A DNA stretch of 53,779 bases, taken from the NCBI GenBank assembly GCA_035646835.1, contig DASROP010000147.1:1-53779 (forward strand), read 5' to 3'. Both the position numbers and the translations under genes were made by a program. Below are positions 1-10,957 of this stretch, one piece after another (position 1 is the stretch's first letter; each line of letters opens with the position of its first letter). The DNA is from Actinomycetales bacterium. GTDB lineage: Bacteria; Actinomycetota; Actinomycetes; Actinomycetales; DASROP01. The notes below the pieces were generated by a model. It was given only the letters and a program-made list of their open reading frames with translations, had not been told where the DNA came from and ran no database searches.

Positions 1-374
1 CGCTGCTGCCTGCGCTGGCCGACGTGCAATCACAGCTCGACGGCTTGGTGCACAGGGGTTTCGTGACCGAGGTCGGTGCCACGAGGCTGCCCGACCTGCT
101 GCGCTACCTGCGCGGCGTCGATGTGCGGTTGGAGCGGCTGACGGGCGACGTCGTCCGCGACCGCGACGCGACGGGTGTCGTGCAGCGGCTGGCCGAGGAG
201 TACGCGCGGGTCGTCTCGTCACTGCCGGCGTCCCGCCGCCTGGACGACGACGTCGTGCACGTGCGGTGGATGCTGGAGGAGCTCCGTCTCTCCCTCTTCG
301 CGCAGACCGTCAAGACCGCCTACCCCGTCTCCGACAAGCGGATCCGCAAGGCCCTCGCCGCCCTCCCCCGGTGA
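1..374 (+). CDS. hrpA: ATP-dependent helicase HrpA, C-terminal fragment (5' end lies outside the window)
   Basis: The reading frame is open to the window edge. The tail ...LPDLLRYLRGVDVRLERL...VRWMLEELRLSLFAQTVKTAYPVSDKRIRKAL matches the conserved HrpA C-terminal (DUF3418) region as I remember it. Stop TGA at 372-374. Confidence 0.75.
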   Translation, partial: LLPALADVQSQLDGLVHRGFVTEVGATRLPDLLRYLRGVDVRLERLTGDVVRDRDATGVVQRLAEEYARVVSSLPASRRLDDDVVHVRWMLEELRLSLFAQTVKTAYPVSDKRIRKALAALPR

Positions 375-404
375 TCAAGCACTTCCGCGTGATCATGCAC
401 GTCG
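371..404. repeat. Two tandem copies of the TGATCA-core 16-mer repeat (type A), in reverse orientation
   Basis: gtgatcaagcacttcc (371-386) and gtgatcatgcacgtcg (389-404). Their reverse complements differ from CGACGTGCTTGATCAC (16444-16459) by 2 and 1 bases. The first copy contains the hrpA stop codon. Confidence 0.6.
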
Positions 405-428
405 TTGCGTTCAGGCATCATCTCCGGC

Positions 429-827
429 ATGAACCTGGACTTGCGCCGTAGTTTCGACGTCGACAACGAGGCGCTCTCCGCACTTCATGCTTCGACGTTC
501 GGCGGTGTGAGCGAGCCGCGCGACTGGCGAAGCCAGTTGCAGCGCCACAGTCTCGGTTGGGTGGGCGCCTTCGTTGGCGAGCAGCTCGTCGGCTTCGTCA
601 ACCTGGCCTGGGACGGTGGAGCGCACGCCTTCGTTCTCGACACGGCGGTCGCGCCGTCGCACCAGCGCCGCGGCATCGGCTCGAGGCTCGTTCATGAGGC
701 GGCCGACCTCGCTGCCGATGCCGGATGCGAGTGGCTGCACGCCGACTACGAACCTCACCTCGCGCACTTCTATCTCAAGGCGTGTGGAATGAGGCGGACG
801 GAGGCCGGACTACTCGAGCTGAAGTGA
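429..827 (+). CDS. GNAT family N-acetyltransferase
   Basis: Acetyl-CoA binding motif ...VAPSHQRRGIGSRLV... (Q/RxxGxG/A) within about 130 aa. The listed ORF begins at a TTG (405). The first ATG is at 429. The start is uncertain. Confidence 0.7.
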   Translation: MNLDLRRSFDVDNEALSALHASTFGGVSEPRDWRSQLQRHSLGWVGAFVGEQLVGFVNLAWDGGAHAFVLDTAVAPSHQRRGIGSRLVHEAADLAADAGCEWLHADYEPHLAHFYLKACGMRRTEAGLLELK

Positions 828-851
828 TCAGGAACGAAGCTGGATTCGAGC

Positions 852-2183
852 CTACGCGGGCTCGTCGTCGGGTGGTCTGCGGGCGGGGTCGAAGCGTCGC
901 AGGCCGATCCGCCAGGGTTCGACAGCCTCGTCGATAAGGGTGTTGCCGCCGGGCAGGGTGAACCGGGGTCGCCCGTTGATCATTGCGACCTTGAGCTGGC
1001 GGTCGTGGATGCGCCGGTGGTGGTAGCCGCAGACCAGCACCAGATTCGACAGGGCGGTGATGCCGCCGTCGGCCCAGTGGTCGATGTGGTGCGCGTGACA
1101 CCAGGTCGCCGGCCGGCCGCAGCCGGGCACCGCGCAGCCCCCGTCGCGCAGGATCAGCGCCCGGCGAAGCGCCGGAGGCACCGTGTACATCGAGCGGCCG
1201 AGGTCCAGCACGGTCGCGTCGGCGCCCAGCACGGCGGGGACCAGGTTCGCGTCGCAGGCCAGACGCCGGATCGCCGCGGCGGACAGCGGGGTGTCGGCAT
1301 CGGTGAACCCGGCCGCCGAGACTCGCCGTGCCAGGGCGTCGTAGTCGATGGTGACCACCACCGTCGGCCGCGCACCGCCCTGAGAGGGCAACGCACAGGC
1401 CTCGGACTCGGCCAGGCCGAGCATCCGCTGGGCGAGGTCGACCAAGCCGTCCGCCCGGCGCTGCGCCGGGCTGCGCAGGTCGGGCCCGTCGGCGCCGGAT
1501 GGGCGCGGCCCGGACAGCGGGTCCAGAGCCGCGTGCAGCACCCGGCCGCCCTCGCCGTCGAGGTAGCCGTTGAGCCACCAGCCCCCGTCTGGCTCCTCCA
1601 CCAGGGAGAACCGGCGCCGTTGGTGCTGACGGCCCTCCTCCCGCTGAAGGGCGTCCGGGGTGGTGGGGTCCAGCTTCGCCCTCAGAGCGCGGGCGACCTT
1701 GGTCAGCTGGCCGGCGTCCATCACCTGCGCCTGCTCGATCAGGAACTCCTCACCATCGACGCGGTCGGCGTCGCAGACATCGGGGTGCAACCGCCCGATC
1801 CCACGGGTGATCACCTGCGCGTGGTCCAGGTGGATCCGACCCTCCTCCAGAGCCAGACGGGTCGCGCTCATCGACCGCGCCAGCACCGCCGCGGTGTCGA
1901 CGCGCGCCTTGGCGTCGCCCGGACGCAGACCCAACGTCCGGGCCAGCCACGACGCCGTGTCGGTCATCGCCCGTGACGCCGCCACCCCACGCGCCCCGAC
2001 CTCCTGCGTCAGCGCGAGCTTGGCCGCGTCCAGGCGCCGCTCGTGCGTCTCGATGTCCCGCACGACCGCGCACAGGTCGTCATCGCCCAGCCGCCACCAC
2101 TCGGCGTCCGCCACAGCGTCCACGGCAGCACCCAGCCCGGCCACCGCGGCGGCGGGGCCGGCGAGCACCGGGCTGCTGGACAT
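852..2183 (-). CDS. DUF222-domain HNH endonuclease (13E12-repeat-like family)
   Basis: The C-terminal HNH motif is ...CAVPGCGRPATWCHAHHIDHWADGGITALSNLVLVCGYHHRRIH.... The long N-terminal region is typical of actinobacterial DUF222 proteins. The ATG at 2183 (MSSSPVLAG...) is preferred over the listed 2243 start. Confidence 0.8.
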   Translation of the reverse strand: MSSSPVLAGPAAAVAGLGAAVDAVADAEWWRLGDDDLCAVVRDIETHERRLDAAKLALTQEVGARGVAASRAMTDTASWLARTLGLRPGDAKARVDTAAVLARSMSATRLALEEGRIHLDHAQVITRGIGRLHPDVCDADRVDGEEFLIEQAQVMDAGQLTKVARALRAKLDPTTPDALQREEGRQHQRRRFSLVEEPDGGWWLNGYLDGEGGRVLHAALDPLSGPRPSGADGPDLRSPAQRRADGLVDLAQRMLGLAESEACALPSQGGARPTVVVTIDYDALARRVSAAGFTDADTPLSAAAIRRLACDANLVPAVLGADATVLDLGRSMYTVPPALRRALILRDGGCAVPGCGRPATWCHAHHIDHWADGGITALSNLVLVCGYHHRRIHDRQLKVAMINGRPRFTLPGGNTLIDEAVEPWRIGLRRFDPARRPPDDEPA

Positions 2184-2270
2184 GCCCCCAACGTAGAGGC
2201 CACCACCGACAACACCCCGAACCCCAGAACCGTTCACCCACAACCGGAGTGGACGTGCACCGAGGGGTAT

Positions 2271-2286
2271 CGAAGTGCTTGATCAC
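2271..2286. repeat. TGATCA-core 16-mer repeat (type A), forward orientation
   Basis: cgaagtgcttgatcac has 1 mismatch to CGACGTGCTTGATCAC (16444-16459). It lies in the gap between the HNH gene start and the sirtuin stop. Confidence 0.55.
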
Positions 2287-3137
2287 GATGGGAGGTGGGA
2301 GAGCAGGGCGGGGAGGGCGGTGCCGAGGGCGGCGTCGATCCGCAGGGTGGCCTGGTCGTCACCGCGGGTGGGCCCGGAGTTCACGATCGCGACGGGCTTG
2401 CCGTGTGTGGCGGCGTGCCGCACGAACCGGTACCCCGACATCACCGTCAACGAGGAGCCGAGCACCAGCAGCGCCCTCGCTGCGTCCACGAGGTCGAAGC
2501 AGCGGGCCACCCGGTCGCGGGGCACGTTCTCGCCGAAGAACACCACGTCCGGCTTGAGTGCACCCGTCCCGCAGACGGCGCACGCCACGATGCGGAACCC
2601 CGAGACGGCCGCGTCGGGCAGGTCCGCGTCACCGTCCGGGTTCACGCGCCGGACGTCGGCGTCGAAGCCGGGATTGGCCTCCCGCAGCCGCTGGTCCAGC
2701 CACTCGCGCGACGAGACGTCCCCGCAGCGCAGGCAGACCACGCGCTCGAGGTTGCCGTGCAGCTCGACCACCCCGGCGGCCCCACCTGCCTGGTGCAGGC
2801 CGTCCACGTTCTGCGTCACCAGCCCCGACAGCAGGCCGGCGGCCTGGAGCGCGGCGACGGCCCGGTGACCCGCGTTCGGGCTCGCCCGCGCGATGTGCCG
2901 CCACCCGAGGTGGCTGCGCGCCCAGTAACGCCGGCGCGATGCCGGGTCGGCCGTGAACTCCGAGTAGGTCATCGGTGCGACGCGACGGCGCGCGCCGGTG
3001 GGCCCCCGGTAATCGGGGATCCCCGACTCCGTCGAGATACCTGCCCCAGACAGCACGACGACTCCGCCGCCGGACACCAGCCCCGCCAGTGCCGGCAGCG
3101 CGCCGACGTCCTCCACCGCGGCCACCACCGCGACCAT
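2283..3137 (-). CDS. NAD-dependent protein deacylase (Sir2/CobB family)
   Basis: GAGISTESGIPDYRG NAD-binding motif, catalytic ...VELHGN..., and Zn ribbon CLRCG...CAVCG. Confidence 0.9.
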   Translation of the reverse strand: MVAVVAAVEDVGALPALAGLVSGGGVVVLSGAGISTESGIPDYRGPTGARRRVAPMTYSEFTADPASRRRYWARSHLGWRHIARASPNAGHRAVAALQAAGLLSGLVTQNVDGLHQAGGAAGVVELHGNLERVVCLRCGDVSSREWLDQRLREANPGFDADVRRVNPDGDADLPDAAVSGFRIVACAVCGTGALKPDVVFFGENVPRDRVARCFDLVDAARALLVLGSSLTVMSGYRFVRHAATHGKPVAIVNSGPTRGDDQATLRIDAALGTALPALLSHLPS

Positions 3138-3182
3138 GCTGCCTCACCAGGGGTCCACCCCACGCCGGTAGCGTCGTCGGTC

Positions 3183-4307
3183 ATGCGGGTCGTCGTCGCG
3201 CCGGACAAGTTCAGGGGATCCCTCACCGCCAGCGAGGCGGCGGAGGCGATCGCGGACGGCGTGCGGGACGCCGACCCCTCGGCCGACGTCGCCACGGTGC
3301 CGGTCGCGGACGGCGGCGAGGGCACGATCGAGGCCGCGTTGTCGGCCGGGTACCGGCGCATCGACCATGACGTGACCGGGCCCACGGGCGAGCAGGTCAC
3401 CGCCGCGGTCGCCCTCTCCCCGGACGGCGGCACCGCCGTGGTCGAGCTTGCGGCGGCCTCCGGACTGTCCCTGCTGGACGAACCGGCCCCGTTGACCGCC
3501 TCGACCCGCGGCACCGGCGAGCTCGTCCGCCACGCCCTGGACGCCGGCGCCCGCACCGTGGTCCTCGCGGTCGGCGGCAGCGCCGGTACCGACGGCGGCG
3601 CCGGCCTGTTGGCCGCGCTCGGAGCCCGCGCACTCGACGCCGAGGGCTCCGAGCTCGGGGACGGCGGGGCGGCACTCCGCGGGATCAGCCGGCTCGACCT
3701 CGACGGCCTCGACCCCCGCCTGTCGCCGGCCGGGGTCGTCCTCGCCTGCGACGTCGACAACCCCCTGCTCGGCCCGCGGGGGGCCGCCGCGGTCTTCGGC
3801 CCGCAGAAGGGCGCCACGCCGGACGACGTCCGCCTCCTCGACGAGGCCCTCCAGCGCTGGGCCGACGCCGTCGAGGCAGCCACCGGCGCCGACCACCGGG
3901 ACGTCCCCGGCGCCGGGGCCGCGGGCGGCGCGGGCATCGCCGCCCTCGGGGTGCTCGGCGCCCGCGCGGTCCCTGGCGTCGACGTCGTCCTCGACCTCGT
4001 CGACTTCGACGACCGCCTCCTCGGGGCCGACCTGGTGATCACGGGCGAGGGCAGCTTCGACGCCCAGAGCCTGGCCGGGAAGGCCCCGGTCGGTGTGGCG
4101 CTGCGAGCCCGGGCGGCCGGCGTCCCCGCCGTCGTCCTCGCCGGGCGGCTGGACGGCGTCGACGACGCGGCACTGCGGTCGGTGGGCATCGAGGCCGCGC
4201 ACGACCTCTCCGAGGTCTGCGACGACCCCGACCGCCGGATGAGCGACGCCGCCGAGCTGCTGCGCCGCCTCGCCGCCTGGGTGGTCTCGGCCCGCCTGCC
4301 GAGGTGA
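3183..4307 (+). CDS. glxK: Glycerate kinase
   Basis: MRVVVAPDKFRGSLTA..., ADGGEGT and VITGEGSFDAQSLAGKAP are hallmark glycerate kinase motifs. The ATG at 3183 is in frame within the longer listed ORF 2295..4307. Confidence 0.9.
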   Translation: MRVVVAPDKFRGSLTASEAAEAIADGVRDADPSADVATVPVADGGEGTIEAALSAGYRRIDHDVTGPTGEQVTAAVALSPDGGTAVVELAAASGLSLLDEPAPLTASTRGTGELVRHALDAGARTVVLAVGGSAGTDGGAGLLAALGARALDAEGSELGDGGAALRGISRLDLDGLDPRLSPAGVVLACDVDNPLLGPRGAAAVFGPQKGATPDDVRLLDEALQRWADAVEAATGADHRDVPGAGAAGGAGIAALGVLGARAVPGVDVVLDLVDFDDRLLGADLVITGEGSFDAQSLAGKAPVGVALRARAAGVPAVVLAGRLDGVDDAALRSVGIEAAHDLSEVCDDPDRRMSDAAELLRRLAAWVVSARLPR

Positions 4308-7207
4308 TCAGGCGAGGACCTCGCGGACCAGCTCGACAGGATGCCAGGCCGAGCGCTGGGTGCCGTGGTGGATCTGCTGCCGGCACGAGACTCCGGTGGC
4401 CGCGACGACGACGTCCGGGCCGGCGTCGCGGACGGCGGGGAACAGCCGGTCCTCGCCCACCTGCAGCGACAGCTCGTAGTGCTCGGACTCGAAGCCGAAC
4501 GAGCCCGCCATCCCGCAGCAGCCGGCATCGAGCTCGGTGACCTCCACGCCGGGGATGCGGCGCAGCAGGGCGAGCGTGGCCGCCGTCCCGACCTCGGCCT
4601 TCTGGTGGCAGTGCCCGTGGAACAGCACGGTCCGGCCGCTGAGCCACGAGTCCTCGCGCAGCAGCAGCCGGCCGGCGTCGATCGCCTCGACGAGCAGCTC
4701 CTCGGGCAGCCGGACCCGGCCCGCGACGTCGCGCACGTTGGGGTCGTCCGGTAGCAGGTCAAGGTGCTCGGAGCGCAGCGTGAGGATGCACGACGGCTCG
4801 CAGCCCACCACCGGCGACCCCGGCTCGGACCCCTCGCACAGGGACGCGGCGAGCGCCCTGGCCTTGCCGCGGGCGTCGTCCAGGAGCCCCTTGGAGATGC
4901 TGGCCCGGCCGCAGCAGCCCCCGCTCTCCAGCCTCACCGCGTACCCGGCGCGCTCGAGCAGCTCGACGACCGCCCGCCCGATGCCCGGTTCGGTGTAGGT
5001 GGTGAACGAGTCGGCCAGCAGGGTCACCTGCCCCTGCGCGGCGGGCGCGGCGGTCGGCCCCCGACCCCGGAACCACCGCACCAGGTTGTCGCGCCGGAAC
5101 TGCGGCAGGGGACGCTGGCGCGCGATGCCGAGCCTGCGGTCGAGCAGCACGCGCAGCGGTGCGAGGCGCCCCGGCAGGTTCGACAGCGGCGCGGTGGCGG
5201 AACCGAGCCGGTTCAGGGTGCGGATGGCGCCGAAGACCCGCGACCGCAGCGGCGTCCCGTGCACGTCGTGGCGCGCCGCCAGGGCCTCGCTCTTGAGGGA
5301 GGCCATGTCGACCCCGAGCGGGCACTCGCTCTTGCAGGCCTTGCACATCAGGCACAGGTCGAGCACCTCGTGCAGCCGGTCGTCGCCCAGGGCCGCGCGC
5401 GGGTCGGGCTCGGTCAGCGCCTTGACCAGGGCACCCGCCCGGCCCCGGGTCGAGTCCTCCTCCGCCAGGGTCGCGATGTAGGACGGGCACATCGCGCCGG
5501 TGGTGGACTTGCGGCACAGCCCGATGTTCATGCACCGGTCCGCGGCGCCGTGCATCCCGCCGACGACGTCGAACCGCAGCCGCGTTCGCATCGCGGGTGG
5601 TTCGGGCGCCAGCGCGTCCCGCAGGTGCTGGGTCATCAACGGCGAGTCGACGATCTTGCCCGGGTTCATCAGGTCCCGGGGGTCGAAGAGCGCCTTGACG
5701 TCGCGCATCGCCTCGTACAGCTCGTCACCGAAGAGCTCCCGGTTGAACTCGCTGCGAGCGAGCCCGTCGCCGTGCTCGCTGGAGTTCACCCCGCCGTACT
5801 CGCGGACCAGGTCCTTGATCTCCACCGCCACCGACCGCATCGTCTCGACCTGGTCCGGCCGGGAGAGGTCGACGAACGGACGGATGTGCAGGCACCCCAC
5901 CGAGCAGTGCCCGTAGAACCCCGCCTCCAGCCCGTGCCGGTCGAGGACCTCACGGAACCGGCCCGTGTACTCGGCGAGGTGCACGGGGTCGACAGCGGTG
6001 TCCTCGACGAACGCCAGGGGACGCATCGCCCCGACGCTCGACGCCATCAACAGGCCCAGGCTGGCCTTGCGGACCTTGAGCAGCGCGCCCTGCTGCGCCG
6101 GTGTCACCGCGCGCAGCGTGTGGTAGCCGTGACCGTGCCTCTCCCACAAGGAGACCAGCCGGTCCATCGACGCGACCAGCCCGGCCTCGTCGTCGCCGGT
6201 GAACGACACGAAGAGCAGGGCCGCGGGGTCGCCCTCCAGGATCTCGCCGAGAGCCGCGTACTCGATCTTGCTGCGCGACAGGTCGAGGATCGTCCTGTCG
6301 ATCATCTCCACGCCGGCCGGGTCGCACGCCAGCGCGTCCTGGGTCGCCTCGATCGCGGCCTGCGTGGACGTGAAGTGCCCGAGGGCGAACACCTGCCGCG
6401 ACGGCTTCGGCACCAGGTCGACGAGCGCGGACGTCGTCACCGCCAGCGTGCCCTCCGAGCCGACGACGAGCTTCGCCAGGTCGAACGGGGAATCGGCGAG
6501 CCGATCCAGTCGGTAGCCCCCGGCCCGGCGCCAGTACGAGGGGAACCCCGTCGCGATCGCACCGGCGTGCGCCTCGAGGAGGCGAGGCAGCTCGGCGTAC
6601 AGGCGGGCCTCGAGCGTCGACCCGGTGGCCCGACGGACCCGCCCGTCCTCGTCGACCGGCTCGAACCGTGCGGCGGACGCGTCCGACAGGACGACGTCGA
6701 GCGTCCGCACGTGGTCGATCGTCATGCCGAGCGCACGGACCCGCTGCCGGCCGAGTTGTTGCCGATCATCCCGCCGATCGTGGCCCGGTTGCTCGTGGAG
6801 GTGTCGGGCCCGAACATCAGGCCGTGCGGGGCCGCGGCCGCGTTCAGGTCGTCCTGCACGACCCCGGGCTCGACGCGCGCCGTCCTGTCCTCCGGGTCGA
6901 CCTCCAGGATCCGCGCCATGTGGCGCGAGACGTCGAGGACCAGCCCCGGCCCGACCGTCTGCCCGGCCAGGCTGGTGCCCGCGCCGCGGGGCAGCACCGG
7001 CACTCCGGCCTGGCCGGCGAGGCGCACCGCCTCGGCGATGTCGCCCGCGTGCCGCGGGTAGACCACGCCGAGCGGGGTGATGGCGTACATGCTCGCGTCG
7101 CGAGAGAAGAGATGGCGCGTGTAGTCGTCGAAGGCGACCTCGCCCTCGAGGTGGCGTGCCAGCTCGTGCGCCAGCTCCGGGGCCTGGGTGCCGGGGACAG
7201 CCGTCAC
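4308..7207 (-). pseudogene. FAD-binding + (Fe-S)-binding oxidoreductase (GlcD/GlcF-fusion, D-lactate/glycolate dehydrogenase-like), split by a 1-nt frameshift near 6726-6733
   Basis: The N-terminal FAD_binding_4 part (GTG at 7207, ...LPRGAGTSLAGQ...GGMIGNNSAGSGSVRSA*) stops at 6722-6724. The rest (GMTIDHVRTLDVV...VGSEGTL...CxxCxxC clusters, CCG motifs) continues in another frame down to 4308. The minus-strand junction reads CGC TCG GCA TGA versus GGC ATG ACG ATC. Homologs, as I recall them, read ...GSVRYGMT.... Confidence 0.7.
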
Positions 7208-8376
7208 GGCGCCTGCAGCCGCTCGAGCCCGGCCGCCAGTCCGTCGGGGTCGATGGGGACCCCGGCCTGAGCCAGCCCCATCTGCACCCCGGCCAGGGTC
7301 CCTGCGAGCGTGAGGTCGTTGAAGTGCCCCAGGTGGCCGATCCGGAACACCGTGCCAGCGAGCCTGCCGAGGCCCGACCCCAGCGACATGTCGTACCGCT
7401 CGAGGATGGTGGCACGGACGGCGTCGGCGTCGTGGCCGTCCGGCAGCAGGATCGCCGTCAGCGACCCGGAGTACTCCCGCTCGTCGGCAGCCAGCACCTC
7501 CAGTCCCCAGCCACGGACGGCGGCCCGCGTCGCCGCGGCGTGCCGGGCGTGCCGGGCGAACACCTGGTCGAGGCCTTCCTCGGCGAGCATCGCCAGTGCC
7601 TCGCGCAGGCCGTAGAGGAGGTTGGTGGCGGGTGTGTAGGGGAAGAAGCCTCGCTCGTTGGCCGCCAGGATCGGTCCCCAGTCCCAGTACGACCGCGGCA
7701 GTGCCGCCGTCCTCGACGCCTCCAGCGCCTTGTCGCTGACGGCGTTGAAGCTGAGCCCGGGCGGCAGCATCAGGCCCTTCTGCGACCCGGCCACGGTGAC
7801 GTCCACGCCCCACTCGTCGTGGCGGTAGTCGATGCTGGCCAGCGACGAGATCGTGTCGACGAGCAGCAGGGCCGGGTGCGCGGCCGCGTCCATCGCGGTG
7901 CGGACGTCGGCCACCCGGCTGGTCACGCCCGTCGACGTCTCGTTGTGCACCACCATGACGGCCTTGATCTCGTGACCGGCGTCGGCGGACAGCTTCTCCT
8001 CGACGACTTCCGGGTCGACGCCGTGGCGCCAGTCGCCCGGCACGAGCTCGACCTTCACGCCGAGCCTGACGGCCATGTCGTTCCACAACGTGGCGAAGTG
8101 ACCGGTCTCGAAGCAGAGCACCCGGTCGCCGGGGCTCAGTGTGTTGACCAGCGCGGCCTCCCAGGCACCGGTGCCTGACGCCGGGTAGATCACCACGGGG
8201 TTCGTCGTCCCGAACACCGGCCTGACCGCCGCGAGCACGTCGAGGCCGAGATCGGCGAAGTCCGGCCCGCGGTGGTCGATCGTCGGGGCGGCCATCGCGC
8301 GCAGGACGCGGTCGGGCACGTTCGTCGGACCGGGGATCTGCAGGAAGTGACGTCCGGTGGTGACGGTGGTCGGCAT
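7204..8376 (-). CDS. Class-V aminotransferase (serine-glyoxylate / alanine-glyoxylate type)
   Basis: GRHFLQIPGPTNVPDRVLRAM..TIDHRGPDF, and the PLP lysine context VAGSQKGLMLPPGL. ATG at 8376 with GAGG 7 nt upstream. Its stop overlaps the GTG of the downstream oxidoreductase (GTGA at 7204-7207). Confidence 0.85.
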   Translation of the reverse strand: MPTTVTTGRHFLQIPGPTNVPDRVLRAMAAPTIDHRGPDFADLGLDVLAAVRPVFGTTNPVVIYPASGTGAWEAALVNTLSPGDRVLCFETGHFATLWNDMAVRLGVKVELVPGDWRHGVDPEVVEEKLSADAGHEIKAVMVVHNETSTGVTSRVADVRTAMDAAAHPALLLVDTISSLASIDYRHDEWGVDVTVAGSQKGLMLPPGLSFNAVSDKALEASRTAALPRSYWDWGPILAANERGFFPYTPATNLLYGLREALAMLAEEGLDQVFARHARHAAATRAAVRGWGLEVLAADEREYSGSLTAILLPDGHDADAVRATILERYDMSLGSGLGRLAGTVFRIGHLGHFNDLTLAGTLAGVQMGLAQAGVPIDPDGLAAGLERLQAP

Positions 8377-8422
8377 GGTGTACCTCATTCGTCGGCGGTC
8401 GCGGGACGGGCGAGTCGTGCGG

Positions 8423-9208
8423 TCAGCGGGGAGGGGCACTGAGCGAGCCGCGACTGTCGTCGCGCAGCTCGGCGGCCAGCGCCTCGGCCGCCGAGCGCAG
8501 CTGGGGGACGATGCCCGGTACCGCCTCCATGCTGACGCGGGCTGCCGGACCGGAGACCGAGATGGCCACGGAGGAGCCGGCCGGCACCCGCACCGCGACG
8601 CACCGGACGCCGATCTCCTGCTCGCCGTCGTCCAGGGCGTAGCCCAGTTCCCCCACCCGGTCCAGCTCGGCCATCAGCGACTCGACGGCGGTGATGGTGT
8701 GCTCGGTGCGCCCGGGCATGCCGGCCCGCTCGAGGATGGCGCGGGCGGTCTCGCGCGGCAGCCCTGCGAGCAGCACCTTGCCGACGCCGGTGCAGTGCAC
8801 GTGCACCCGGCGGCCGACCTCGGTGAACATCCGCATCGAGTGCCGGCTCGGTACCTGGGCGACGTAGACGACGCGGTCGCCGTCCAGCATGGCGAGGTTC
8901 GCGGTCTCGCCGATCGAGTCGACGAGCCGGGAGAGGTGCGGGCGGGCCCACGTGCCCATGGTGCGCGACGAGCTCTCCCCCAGGTGGATCAGGCGCGGGC
9001 CGAGCGCGTAGCGGCGCGAGGGCAGCTGCCGGACGTAGCCCCGCCGGACCAGGGTGCGCACGAGCCGGTGGATGGTCGACAGCGGCAGCCCGGACTCGCT
9101 CGCGAGCTGGCTCAGGGCCACCTCCCCCCCGGCGTCCGCCATCAGCTCCAGCAGGACGAAGGCCCGCTCCAGCGACTGCACCCCGTCCCCCGCACCACCT
9201 GCTGCCAC
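8423..9208 (-). CDS. IclR family transcriptional regulator
   Basis: N-terminal wHTH VQSLERAFVLLELMADAGGEVALSQLASESGLPLSTIHRLVRTLV, plus a C-terminal IclR effector domain. It is divergent from malate synthase. Confidence 0.85.
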   Translation of the reverse strand: MAAGGAGDGVQSLERAFVLLELMADAGGEVALSQLASESGLPLSTIHRLVRTLVRRGYVRQLPSRRYALGPRLIHLGESSSRTMGTWARPHLSRLVDSIGETANLAMLDGDRVVYVAQVPSRHSMRMFTEVGRRVHVHCTGVGKVLLAGLPRETARAILERAGMPGRTEHTITAVESLMAELDRVGELGYALDDGEQEIGVRCVAVRVPAGSSVAISVSGPAARVSMEAVPGIVPQLRSAAEALAAELRDDSRGSLSAPPR

Positions 9209-9296
9209 CTTGGGTCGCTCCCCTCAACCGGCGCGACGGCCAGCCGCCTTGACCATGCCCGACTGTCGCCCGTAAGTTTCCAGATGGCAGATCATA

Positions 9297-9315
9297 CCTT
9301 CCGCATGTCGGAAGG
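9297..9315. promoter_or_regulatory. Candidate IclR operator in the iclR/aceB divergent promoter region
   Basis: Perfect inverted repeat ccttccg-catgt-cggaagg, 25 nt upstream of the aceB ATG. A GGGAGAG RBS follows it. Confidence 0.3.
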
Positions 9316-9339
9316 GAAGCCCCGAGAGGCGGGAGAGTC

Positions 9340-10950
<1,611 letters not shown>

Positions 10951-10957
10951 GCGAGCC

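Noticed and set aside
836-856. A tRNA T-arm-like string, ctggattcgagcc, between the GNAT and HNH genes. It could have hinted at a tRNA or att-site remnant.
   Set aside because: The flanking bases do not form a T-stem (GCTGG versus CCTAC), and no acceptor or anticodon arm can be drawn. I found no tRNA anywhere in the window.
2283-3137. The Sir2-domain protein as a possible defence effector (Thoeris/DSR-like).
   Set aside because: It is a canonical short sirtuin with a GAGIS..GIPD.RG motif and a CxxC...CxxC zinc ribbon. It has no fused sensor domain or partner gene, and it sits among housekeeping genes.
2969-4762. Very long ORFs antisense to, or out of frame with, confidently assigned genes. 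Examples: 2969..4762(-), 4764..7061(+), 9706..11049(-), 10919..12388(-), 11971..13614(-), 15012..16064(-), 16562..18772(+), 18121..20445(+), 33104..35215(-), 38152..39684(-).
   Set aside because: Their translations are Arg/Pro/Gly/Ala-rich low-complexity strings with no motifs. They fully overlap genes that have clear family signatures. Long open shadow frames like these are expected at this GC content.
6722-8086. Upstream extensions of the listed ORFs 6722..8086(-) and 4308..7415(-), as if they were large independent genes.
   Set aside because: The part of 6722..8086 above 7207 overlaps the aminotransferase gene in another frame and is Arg/Gly-rich. The part of 4308..7415 above about 6730 is likewise low-complexity. 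The sensible reading is a single gene starting at the GTG at 7207, broken by a frameshift.
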